64,000 nt of DNA from Mobula hypostoma. Lineage: Eukaryota. A program made the position numbers and the translations under genes. Positions 52,721-64,000 of the stretch are shown in pieces. The stretch is from positions 127,350,001 to 127,414,000 of the forward strand of contig NC_086097.1 of assembly GCF_963921235.1 (NCBI RefSeq), in the 5' to 3' direction. The number at the start of each line of letters is the position of its first letter. The first letter of the stretch is position 1. A model generated the notes under the pieces. That model worked only from the letters and a program-made list of their open reading frames with translations, was not told where the DNA came from and searched no databases.

Positions 52721-52885
52721 CGGATAAACACAAGAATATAAACAATTTTGCACTGTGTTTTTGTATATTTACTTTATGAAGCATAATCTTTATGTTAAAA
52801 ATGCACGAGTACGGTGAGGTACAGGTGTTAAGAAATGCTTGCAGCTGCATCGCCCGCACGTAGGTATAGACAACACAGAGAATAT

Positions 52886-53432
52886 ATATTCAGTTGCCAT
52901 TTCATTAGGTACCTAATAATGTGGCCACCGAGTGTATGTTCATGGTCTTCTGCTGCGGGAGCCCATCCACTCCAAGGGTCGACGTGTTGTGCGTTCGGCG
53001 ACGTTCTTCCGCACGCCACTGTTGTAATCCGTGGTTATTTGAGTTAGCGTCGGCTTCCGGTCAGCTTGATCCAGTCTGGCCATTCTCCTCTCACCTCTCT
53101 CATCAACAAGGCACTCTCAGCGGCAGAATTGCTGCTCACTCGATTTTTCTGTGTGTATTTGGCACCATTCTCTGTAAACTCTAGAGGTGTGTGCGTGAAA
53201 ACCCTGGGAAATCAGTAGTTTCTCAGATACTCAAACCACCCTGTCTGGCACCAACTATCATTCCACAGTCAAGGTCACATTTCTTCCCCCATTCTGATGG
53301 TTGATCTGAACAACAGCTGAGCCTCTTGACCATGTCTGCATGCTTGTATGCATTCGGTTGCTGCCACACTCATTGCCTGGAAAAATATTTGCATTAAGGA
53401 GAAGGTATACCTAATAAAGAGGCCACGAAATA
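52886..53432. mobile_element. Non-autonomous Tc1-like element
   Basis: TIR-like cagttgccatttcattaggtac / gtatacctaataaagaggccac; internal third copy 52909-52935. Confidence 0.65.
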
Positions 53433-53557
53433 TAAATAATACTTAAATTTTACAAGATAGTGAGGAACGAGTAATGAGACCTTAGTGCAACAGAGAGATG
53501 TAAATCAAAGACAAGTCTATGCCAGTGCAAGAGGTGATCTGTAGTGTTCCATTGGTT

Positions 53558-55624
53558 AATCAAGGAAGGTAGTGCACCCGTGGCTGACAAGACAAATTAG
53601 GGATAGTATCAATTCCAAAGAAGAAGCATACAAATTAGCCAGAGAAAGTGGCTCACCTGAGGACTGGGAGAAATTCAGAGTTCAGCAGAGGAGGACAAAG
53701 GGCTTAATTAGGAAGGGGAAAAAAGATTATGAGAGAAAACTGGCAGGGAACATAAAAACGGACTGTAAAAGCTTTTATAGATATGAAAAAAGGAAAAGAC
53801 TGGTAAAGACAAATGTAGGTCCCCTGCAGACAGAAACAGGTGAATTGATTATGGGGAGCAAGGACATGGCAGACCAATTGAATAATTACTTTGGTTCTGT
53901 CTTCACTAAGGAGGACATAAATAATCTTCCAGAAATAGTAGGGGACAGAGGGTCCAGTGAGATGGAGGAACTGAGTGAAATACATGTTAGTAGGGAAGTG
54001 GTGTTAGGTAAATTGAAGGGATTGAAGGCAGATAAATCCCCAGGGCCAGATGGTCTGCATCCTAGAGTGCTTAAGGAAGTAGCCCAAGAAATAGCGGATG
54101 CATTAGTGATAATTTTTCAAAACTCGTTAGATTCTGGACTAGTTCCTGAGGATTGGAGGGTGGCTAATGTAACTCCACTTTTTAAAAAAGGAGGGAGAGA
54201 GAAACCGGGGAATTATAGACCGGTTAGCTTAACGTCGGTGGTGGGGAAACTGCTGGAGTCAGTTATCAAGGATGTGATAACAGCACATTTGGAAAGCGGT
54301 GAGATGATTGGACAAAGTCAGCATGGAATTGTGAAAGGAAAATCATGTCTGACGAATCTCATAGAATTTTTTGAGGATGTAACTAGTAGAGTGGATAGGG
54401 GAGAACCAGTGGATGTGGTATATTTGGATTTTCAAAAGGCTTTTGACAAGGTCCCACACAGGAGATTAGTGTGCAAACTAAAAGCACACGGTATTGGGGG
54501 TAAGGTATTGGTGTGGGTGGAGAATTGGTTAGCAGACGGGAAGCAAAGAGTGGGAATAAACGGGACCTTTTCAGAATGGCAGGCAGTGACTAGTGGGGTA
54601 CCGCAAGGCTCAGTGCTGGGACCCCAGTTGTTTACAGTATATATTAATGACTTGGATGAGGGAATTAAATGCAGCATCTCCAAGTTTGCGGATGACACAA
54701 AGCTGGGTGGCAGTGTTAGCTGTGAGGAGGATGCTAAGAGGATGCAGGGTGACTTGGATAGGTTGGGTGAGTGGGCAAATTCATGGCAGATGCAATTTAA
54801 TGTGGATAAATGTGAAGTTATCCACTTTGGTGGCAAAAATAGGAAAACAGATTATTATCTGAATGGTGGCCAATTAGGAAAAGGGGAGGTGCAACGAGAC
54901 CTGGGTGTCCTTATACACCAGTCATTGAAAGTGGGCATGCAGGTACAGCAGGCGGTGAAAAAGGCGAATGGTATGCTGGCATTTATAGCGAGAGGATTCG
55001 AGTACAGGAGCAGGGAGGTACTACTGCAGTTGTACAAGGCCTTGGTGAGACCACACCTGGAGTATTGTGTGCAGTTTTGGTCCCCTAATCTGAGGAAAGA
55101 CATCCTTGCCATAGAGGGAGTACAAAGAAGGTTCACCAGATTGATCCTGGGATGGCAGGACTTTCATATGAAGAAAGACTGGATGAACTGGGCTTGTACT
55201 CGTTGGAATTTAGAAGATTGAGGGGGGATCTGATTGAAACGTATAAGATCCTAAAGGGATTGGACAGGCTAGATGCAGGAAGATTGTTCCCGATGTTGGG
55301 GAAGTCCAGGACGAGGGGCCACAGTTTGAGGATAGAGGGGAAGCCTTTTAGGACCGAGATTAGGAAAAACTTCTTCACACAGAGAGTGGTGAATCTGTGG
55401 AATTCTCTGCCATAGGAAACAGTTGAGGCCAGTTCATTGGCTATATTTAAGAGGGAGTTAGATATGGCCCTTGTGGCTACGGGGGTCAGGGGGTATGGAG
55501 GGAAGGCTGGGGCGGGGTTCTGAGTTGGATGATCAGCCACGATCATAATAAATGGTGGTGCAGGCTCAAAGGGCCGAATGGCCTAGTCCTGCACCTATTT
55601 TCTATGTTTCTATGTTTCTATGTT
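53558..55624 (+). mobile_element. Young 5'-truncated CR1, same family as 13184-16550
   Basis: Near-identical to 14495-16550; 1-nt deletion near 55146 shifts ORF2; (tttctatg)x3 tail. Confidence 0.97.
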
Positions 55625-55727
55625 AAGCATCCTGGGCTGCAAAGTGTTCAAATAGATTTACATGTTGCTTCTTGAGTTAGAAGGTGTATCTCCCACTTTA
55701 GGACAGAAATAGGCACTAAATTATAGA

Positions 55728-57770
55728 ACAACACACACAAAATGCTGGAGGAACTGAGCAGGTCAGGCAGCATCCATGGAAATTAATAAACAGTTGAGGT
55801 TTCAGACTGAGACTCTTCACCAGGACTGGAAAGCAAGAGGGAGGGTGCCAGAATAAGAAGGTGGAGGAGAGAAAGGAGGACACGCAGGAAGGTGATGGGT
55901 GAAGACAGCTGGGTGGGGGAGGGGCTGACGTAAGAAGCTGGAAGGTGATAAGTGGAAAAGACAAAGGTCTGGAGAAGAAGGCATCTGACAGAAGAGAAAA
56001 GCGGATCTTCGGAGAAAGGGAAGGAGGAGGGGCACTGAGGGGAGGTGATAGGCAGATGAGGAGACCAGAGTGGGGAAATGAAGAGGGAAACATTACTGGA
56101 AGTTGAAGGAATCGATGTTCATGTCATCAGGTTGGAAGCCGCCTAGGTGGAATATGAGGTATTGCTCCTTCAGCCTGAGTGTGGCCTCATCATGGCAGAA
56201 GGGGAAGCCATGGACTATGTCAAAATGGGAGCGGGGATAGGAACTGAATTGATTGGCCACCAGGAAACTCCACTTCTTGCGGATGGAGCCGAGGTGCTCG
56301 ACAAAGTGGTCCCCCAATCTATGTCGGGTCTCATCGACATAGAGGAAGCACATCAGGAACACCAGATAGAATAGACAACCCCTACAGGGGAATTGTTGCC
56401 TCACAAGGGTGGATTGTTTGGGGCCATGAATGAAGGTGAGGGTGGAGGTCAATGGGCAGGTGTAGCACTTCTGCTGCTTGCAGGGTAAGTATCAGGAGGG
56501 AGATTAGTGGGGAGGGATGAATGGACAGGGGAATCACAGTGGGAGTACAGAAAGCAGAGAATGGTGAGGAGGTAAAGATTTGACTGGTGGTAGGGTCTTT
56601 TTGGAGATCACAGAAGTTACAGAGAATAATGTGTTGGATGTGAAGACTCATGGGGTGGTAGATGAGGACAACAGGAACTCTATCCCTGTTATAATTGTGG
56701 GAAGATGGGGTGAGTGTGGATGTCTGGGAAATGGAGGAGATGTGGATGAGGACAGTATCATCAGTGGAGGAATGGAAACCCCTTTCTTTGAAGAAGAAGG
56801 ACGTCTCTGATGTTCTGGAAAGGAAAGCTTCATTCTGAGAAAAAATGCAGAAATGAAGAAGGAACTGAGAAAAGGGAATAGCATTTTTACAGGAGACGAG
56901 GTGGGAGGAGGTATAGTCAAGACAGCTATGGGAATCAGTAAGCTTATAAAACATATGAGCAGACGGTATATCTCCAGTGATGGAGACAGAGAGATCAAGA
57001 AAGGGGAGAGGGGTGTCAGAAATGGACCGATTGAATCTAAGGCCAGAGTTGAAGTTGGAGCAAAGTTGATGAAATTGACTAGCATAGCATAGGTGCATAA
57101 AGCAGCACCAATGAACTAGTCAATGAAACACAAAAAGAATTAGGGAGCATTACGAGGGAAAGCTTGGAACCCGAATCATTCTATGTAGACAATGAAAAGG
57201 CAGGCATAGCTGGGGCCCATGTGGGTGCCCATGGCTACCTCTTGAGTCCGGAAGAAATGGGTGTGGCCAAAAAAGAAATTGCTGAGGGTGAAGACCAGTT
57301 CTGCCAGATCGAGGAGGGTAATAACAGAGGGGAACTGGTTGGGTCTGTTGTCAATAAAGAAGCAGAGAATTTAAATGCCTTAATGGAAGATAGAAGTACA
57401 GTATATAGGGACTGGACATCTTTGGTGAAAATGAGGTGATCTGGGCCGGGGAATTAAAAGTTGTTGGGGAGATTGAGAGCATGTGAAGAGTCACAGATGT
57501 ACGTGGGAAGGGACTGAACCAAGGGGCATAAAATGGAGTCAAGTTCCATGAGGCAGCAGCAGGTAGAAACAATCGGCCTACCCAGGCAGTTGGGTTTGTA
57601 GATCTTGGGTAGGAGGTAGAAACAAGCAGTGTGGTGTAAGGGAACTATAGTGGTAGTGGATAAGAGATCTCCAGAGTTGATGAGGTTGGTGATGGTGTCA
57701 GAGACAATGCCCTGATGGTCCTGAGTGGGACCATAAAACACCAGCACCTCTACTTCCTGAGAAGGGGAAT
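55728..57770 (-). mobile_element. Penelope-like retroelement (RT + GIY-YIG), decayed, with 3' terminus
   Basis: FYLLPKIYKPNCLGRPIVS, LPFLDLSV, YKLTDSHSCLDYTSSH..CKNAIPFSQF, YVDETRHRLGDHFVEH...EQYLIFHLG..QPDDMN; hammerhead-like motif 55791-55828. Confidence 0.9.
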
Positions 57771-57799
57771 GCAATTTGGCATGCCCTCATTTATCCTTC

Positions 57800-58830
57800 A
57801 CAATCTTGATCGATGCACCACACAAAGCATCCTATCCAAATGAACTATGTCCTGGTATGGCAACTGCTCTGTCCAAGACCACAAGAAACTGCCATGAGTT
57901 GTATACACAGTTTAACACGCCATGAAAACTAGCCTCCATGGATTCCATCTATACTTCTTACTCCTCAGTAAAGCAGCCAGCTTGATTAAAAGCCCATTCG
58001 ATCCTAGACATTCTCTCTTCTCTACCCTCCTCCTATTGTCAAAGACCCTCCGACCCCAGATATTCTCTCTTCTCTACCCACTCCCCCCCATTGGGTAGAA
58101 GATACAAAAGCCCCAAAGCATTCTACCACCAGGCTCAAGGACAGCATCTGTTATAAGATTATTGAAAGGACCTCTTGTGAGATATGATGGAGTCTTGACC
58201 TCACCATCTACCTTATCAAAGCCTTGCACCTTATTGTTTGCCTGCACTGCACTTTCTCTGTAACACTTTATTCTGCGTTCTGTTATTGGCTTTCCCTTGT
58301 ATTACCTCAATGTGTCATAAGCCCTGTGGGCCTCTGCATCTTGTCATAGTGTGTTGGGATTCAGGGCTTCTTGAACACCTGTATTTACTGATTGTTAGAC
58401 CCATGTGCTTTCAGTTTCATCTTCTCAAGTTAACTGCGACCATCACGTAATTCCTGCATTCAATGGTTATTTACAGAGGACTCTCAGCCTACTGTGTGTT
58501 TGTGGAGAATGATGTCTTGTGGTGTTGCTTGGCCATGCAGCCAATGCTCTGTCTAAATTCTTGTCTCCATCTCTCCGTGGGGATTCTGCCATTCCTCCAC
58601 ACCTGGGTCGAGTCGTTGTTGGTGCTTACTGCGACGGAGGCTGCTGTCCACCACACCTGTTTTGGGTCAGTGCCAGTGACCACCATGACAGAGGGAGTCT
58701 GTCGTTATTCCATACTTGGGTCTAGTCCTGCAAGCGCTCACCGTGACACAATGTACTGATGTGATGAAATGGTCTGCATGTGTGGTAGGCAAACTTTTCA
58801 CTGTACCTCAGAACAGATGACATGAAACAG
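57800..58830 (+). mobile_element. Old Rex/Babar- or L2-like LINE 3' fragment split by a solo LTR
   Basis: SWYGNCSVQDHKKL, KAASLIK, GRRYKS-type motifs. Confidence 0.55.
58313..58748. mobile_element. Solo LTR
   Basis: TGTCA...TGACA termini; perfect 5-bp TSD caatg (58308-58312, 58749-58753); 436 bp. Confidence 0.8.
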
Positions 58831-59282
58831 ACAAACTGCCCCATCAAGTGCCCATTTTTATTATACCTACACTAATCCCATTTTATTCTCCCAAGATTCC
58901 CATAAACTCCACCTGCCTCAGGTTCTACCACTCACGGACACACTTGGAGCAATTTACAGCATTGATATTGGCATATTATTGTCACATGTACCAATACATA
59001 GGGGAAAATGTAGTGCAGACAGACAAATAAAGTGCAAGGACAAACAAAATGTGACAAATGGAGGCTAATTACACTTCCAGTTTGCAGAGGAGTCTGGAAA
59101 GCCACACAGTCACATGGAGAACATGCAAACTCAACACAGATAGTACCAGAGGCCTGGCTCGGACCTGGGTCACTGGGGCTGTGAGGCAGCGGTTCTACTG
59201 GCTGCCTGAAACCTAAGCCAACACTCCAATGTAGTGCTGAGATAGAGCTGGACAGAAGAGATCTTACAGTGAAAGACTGTCC

Positions 59283-59676
59283 TGTGGGGGCATGGATCAC
59301 TCTGATTGTCAAAAGTCATCTATGTTGTGATTGGTTACTTTAGAAGCTGCAGCTGCTTTTCCTGTTGGTTAGCTGCCTAGTGTCCAGTTTCAAATATCTT
59401 GGGTATATAGAGAGCACGTGTGGGAGGTTCCTGCTCTCTTTCTTTGTTTAAGGCAAGTGGTGTACATGCCATTGGGAAGGTATGCTCTGCACAAACTTCT
59501 AGCTAAGTATGTTCATTGAATGTATGTTTGTCGAATATTCAGCTTTGTAGGTTCTGTAACTTGGGGAACATGAATGCTTTGTCAAATTTTTATTGTTCGT
59601 AAATAAGTGATTTATATTCTTATTCACAGCCAATACTTTCTGACTCACTTGCTAGACCCGCGAACCTGATTCAACA
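59283..59676 (+). repeat. 5' LTR
   Basis: Aligns end to end with 63383-63772. Confidence 0.9.
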
Positions 59677-62600
59677 TCGAGCAAGCAGGGTATAGCATTT
59701 TGAGCAGAAATGCATCTCTTTAAAAGGTTATTTAAAAGAGTAGCCCCTCAGTATGAGAGATGCAGAGTCCGAGGGAAGGCTTTGGAAGTCTCATTAACCC
59801 ACTGACGGGTGTCGGAATACCAGTAGATTGGTCAGACCAGTTAGATTTTGCCGAAGTCGAAATGGGACACAATGTCGTTTCCATACATAAATCTTTGCTT
59901 TTTCCTAGAGAAAATCACTATTGATAGCTCAGGGTATGGCTGCAAGGTTGGAGGATAAGAAAACGGATAGCTTTTCAGTTAATGAAGCTACAGCATTTAG
60001 ACGCTGCGCGGCAAGCTGGCTGGGAGCACGGCCCTGTTAAACCTCAATCCATGATGATTCTACTGCGGGGCCGGGGAATGGGGATGTCTGGCTGGATGAT
60101 GAAAATGAGGGAGAGAGAGTAGCATGGACCCCTCAGTTTAATCCTCTCCATTGCGTGTCTGAAACAGTATGAGCCAGGCCAGCGATCACGTGTTCCCTCT
60201 CCCACCATGCCTCCTTCTTCTTAGAAAGGGGAGGAGGACCAGCAATGTGTGAGAGATAGTGTAATGGGCATCTTCAAGACAACAGAGGTCAGGGAATTCT
60301 CCACTAAGGAATTAGCGAGTTTAGGGGATAGGTGCAGACAGAAGGCTGGGGAGTCTTTGACCGCGTGGTTGTTGAGATTATGGGATGGGGGGGGGTTACC
60401 AGAGTGAGCCTATCTAATAAAGAGGTAGGTGCCTTAGGGAGCCTATCATCCGAACATGCAATCATTAACACTCTGAGAACACTGCCTGCTTCCTCTGAGC
60501 ATCATGCATCTGTATGGGTTCGAGTAACGGCTGCTGTTAAACTTACTGCAGGTATCCCACTCTTACTGAATGGAATTTAAAACCCCAAGCAGAGGAGCAG
60601 AGAAAAGTTCTACGCCAATATCACAGAATTATATCGCGATAGTGATAGCCTGCCAGAGGATATTGAACTAACTTCTGGAATGAGAGGACATGTGGTTATG
60701 GTGGCGGCTTTTCAAATAGAATGAGTAGTTCTATATTTAATAGCACCAGCTGCTGGTCATCCGATAAGTACAGTGATTCAATTATTGCAAGGTTTAGAGT
60801 ATGTAGAAGAGGGTGCGTGTCACCAGGTACAGAAGTTGGATAAGCAGACGGGGAGTGGGGATCCCACATATCCAATAAAGAAATGTTTTTAGCATTGTTT
60901 AATGCTGGGGTCCCAGAGGAGCAGGTAACAGGGGTTTCCACCCCACCTTCTATGCAATGCGGAGGAAGAACTGTCCGGGAAAGCAAGAGAGGGAGACTGT
61001 GGAGGGGGAGGGGTTATTTTTCAAGCCCTCTGCGGATAAGGGCTCCTTTTGTCCTCTGCCAGATTCCTCGCCTTCTATTTAGGATTCCTTACAAAGGGCT
61101 ATGGCTAATGTTTGCCAGCAGTGGAAAGCAGGGGTGTTAGCACCTCATTGTTGTAGAGAGGGGGTCATTTGACCTGCTTCCTTCTTCCTTGTATATAGTG
61201 TGAATGATTTGAATACAGAGGAATGTGAAGTGTGGTCACACGTGTTAATTTGCTTGTGTGTGTGTATGAAGACTTTGCCTTTAAAAGACTCTGTGAATGT
61301 GTTGGGCTCCAGCCAATTGCTTTTTCCTTCCAAGTTGTCCTCTGGTAAGTACGCTATTTCTCTGAGAAATTAACTGTCTATTTTGAGTTCTTGCAGTTCC
61401 ATAGTAAGTTTTAAAGAAGAAGAGCACAGCCTGGGCTTTGTGTTTTGTGTTCTAATCTGTTACTTTGTTTTTTGTGTTTGTTTTGTCACTTAATTTGTTT
61501 CTTGTTATTAACGTGTTGTCTTAATCTGTTACTTTATCACTTATTTTCCCCATGCAATCGGTTTTAGGGATGACCCATTTCATAGTAGCTATGTGAAATT
61601 TGAGTTGATGGGGTAGAAATTTAGGCAACTTTATTCCAGACATGAGATGCTCACATTTCAGAGGGAATTTGGGGAGCAAATCTAGTAGTTCTGTTGCTTT
61701 TGTGTTTTTTAAATATCCAGTGACTAATCAGGAGCAAATGCAATTGTATCTCCCTGCATTACAGAACGGCAAAGTGGTGGATACTGACGTGGTGGGAGAT
61801 CCTGTGACACGTTTTTGGGTATGGCACATCATACCAATGTTTGAATTTGCACACTGGACCAATAGGTCAGATTGCTGAATATGTATGAAGATTCCTTACT
61901 ACATTGCAGAATGGAAGCTGCTGATATTGACCCCTTTTACAAGGAAAAAGGCTGTTGGGGAAACTATCTGACTGCTTGGGTTTTGGCATTCTGGTTTGTG
62001 GAAGCTGGGAGTGTGTAGTTGATTCCAGCCAATCTCAACCCAGAGTATGAGGGAGCCGTAAGGGATTTTTTTATTATTAAGTGCAATCGTGTACAATAGC
62101 CAGATCAGAAATGCTGATCAAGTCAACTAGTTCCTAAAGAGAAACTCTGATAGGCCAATCAGATGGTTTACTGCTGCTCAGCGATAGAACACAAAAAAAA
62201 CCATACGTACAACTAAGAAACATTAAAAAATAGTAGAAGTACTGGAGTCATGATGATCATGATGAGGTCTGCTGGAGAGAGACAATTATATATATTCTGT
62301 CCTCCATATTTCAAAGAGATTGAAGGATAAGGTTGCAGGGTGACAAAACGTGGCAGGAGCATTTGGAACTAAAAACTAATCCCTACTGGGAGAAAACAGC
62401 ACCTGTTCTTTCTGCACTGTTCTCCAGCAGTTTAAGGACTAAGTCCAGCCAGAACATAACTCACAAGTGCTCACAAGTCAGGTATTAACCCTACCTACCA
62501 ACAACCAAACATTGCCATCCTGGTCCCCTTCATGATAGTTTATGAAGAAGTATGTGACTTCCCTCCCAGAGATGATAGGTGTTTGTGCACTCGACTCTTG

Positions 62601-62759
62601 AACCTCAATGGCCCTGGTGAAGTAAGTGCTTTAAGGGCTGGTATTTCCCTACGTACCATTTGTTTAATTGGAAGGTCCTGACTCTTAAAGTGATTTTTCC
62701 ACCTGGCAGAGTGTTGGTGTAGGTGGTAAGTTGAGGACAAGTACAAGGTTCAAGGTGGA

Positions 62760-63340
62760 TGGCAAGTGTGAGCAGGAGCAGTATCCTAGGGTGGCTGTGT
62801 CTATGCCAGATGGTGTTGCAATGCTGGGCACTTGTTGGCCTTTATTGGATATGGAATCCCTAGGCCTACTCATGGTGCGGTTGATATGTGGTGCCGTATG
62901 TGTAACACCCAAGTGCCCTAGGATGAGAACTTTACCCATGCTGGTTGGTGAGAGGGCTATTACAAAGGCAGGAGGGTTTTGAAGGATAGCCTTCCTCAGC
63001 GTAGGGCAGCCAGACTGTCCTGGGAACTGACTTTAATGACCTTAGCTCACCTGTTTACAAAGGAAGGTGGCATTCGTGGTGTTATTGGTCAAGAATGCTG
63101 CACGTACATTCTTGATGGATCGGGTAACATCACTCACCTGGTTGATCATATCTCAGAGTCAATGTATAAGTGGGGGACCAGCTCATTAGCTATTTCACTC
63201 CGTGGTGGGGCTGGTGGCCTGTTGGGGAACAGGGATGCTGGTGTAGTACACTGGGAGGTGACTATTGGGTTTACAGTACTGGGTATTCCACTTTTATGTT
63301 TCAGATGTAACTTAGGGAGTTTGCGAGAGCCATACTAGTC
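62760..63340 (+). pseudogene. env: Retroviral env remnant (SU end / TM)
   Basis: MTLAHLFTKEGGIRGVIGQECCTYILDGSGNIT resembles the ALDxLLAxxGGxCxxIGxECCTYIPD immunosuppressive/CX6CC region; first Cys lost. Confidence 0.8.
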
Positions 63341-63382
63341 TGAGGGTTGGATTATCATGTTCACAACTTTTGAGGGGTGTCT

Positions 63383-63772
63383 TGTGAAGGTGTGGCTCAT
63401 TCTGATTGTCAACAGTCTCTTCCGTCATGATTGGTTAGTTGAGAAGCTGCAGATGCTTTCCCATTGGTTAGCTGCCTGGTGTCCAGTTTCAAAATATCCT
63501 GGGTGTCCAGAGAGCACATGTGGGAGGTTCATGTTCTCTTCCTTTGTTTAAGGCAACTGGTGCACATAGCCATTGGGAAGGTATGCTCTTCGCGCGCTTT
63601 TAATATGTTCATTGAATGTTTGTTAGTTGAATATTCAGTTTTGTAGTTTCTGCAATTTGGGGGACGTGAATGTTTGGTTGAATTTTTGCTGTTAGTAAAT
63701 AAATAATGAATATACTTTTTCGCAGTCGGTATTTTCTGACTCACTCACCAGACTCGTGAACCTGATTCAACA
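63383..63772 (+). repeat. 3' LTR
   Basis: Aligns end to end with 59283-59676; preceded by gagggg. Confidence 0.9.
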
Positions 63773-63794
63773 TTAGGAAGGCATAATCCTTTGT

Positions 63795-63953
63795 GCTCCC
63801 TGGAGTACAAATCGACAGTAAATATTTATAATTTAAATTTTTCATATTTAATATTGATTTGTACTCCAAGGAGCATGAAGAGCAGAATCAAATATCGCTG
63901 TGATGATTGTACGCTCTAGCATCAATTGTTTGGCGACAATAAAGTATAAAGTA
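63795..63953 (+). mobile_element. Short LINE 3' end with inverted 5' part
   Basis: Tail aataaagtataaagtat; gctccctggagtacaaatc pairs with gatttgtactccaaggagc; same family as 9575-9795. Confidence 0.6.
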
Positions 63954-64000
63954 TCCTCTCCACAGTTTTAGTTACCTCACGAGCACACTGGCATTGCATT

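Larger units (their letters stand above)
59283..63772 (+). mobile_element. Endogenous retrovirus remnant (class I-type env), both LTRs present, no recognisable pol
   Basis: Direct repeats 59283-59676 and 63383-63772 (TGT...TCAACA); env TM remnant EGGIRGVIGQECCTYILD; degenerate PBS and PPT. Confidence 0.85.

Overview
Vertebrate genomic DNA, most likely a cartilaginous fish (ray/skate-like repeat landscape: CR1, V-SINE, Penelope-like, Rex/Babar, Tc1, hAT; inference). Two host genes lie tail to tail. On +, the last two coding exons of BMP6 (9191-9301, 20462-20611). On -, all ten coding exons of TXNDC5/ERp46 (52313 down to 22122; 1275 nt, 424 aa, three WCGHC thioredoxin domains, C-terminal RDEL). 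Most other sequence is transposon-derived: an L1 carrying a solo LTR, a five-layer CR1/hAT nest in the last BMP6 intron, two near-identical young CR1 copies, a decayed Tc1, a Tigger-like element, a Penelope-like element plus short derivatives, and a 4.5-kb pol-less ERV. Main observations: (1) minimal hammerhead-ribozyme motifs in the Penelope terminus and in short TSD-flanked, often fold-back insertions; (2) a U_UUA_AAC-stop slippery site at the CR1 ORF1/ORF2 junction, with ORF2 in the -1 frame and no usable AUG, shared by two divergent CR1 families; (3) an expanded poly-acidic linker, a GC-AG intron and a NAGNAG acceptor in TXNDC5; (4) a BMP6 with Glu at the mammalian noggin-resistance Lys; (5) probable overlap of the BMP6 and TXNDC5 3' ends. 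Everything was read by eye with no searches run; old repeat boundaries are approximate.
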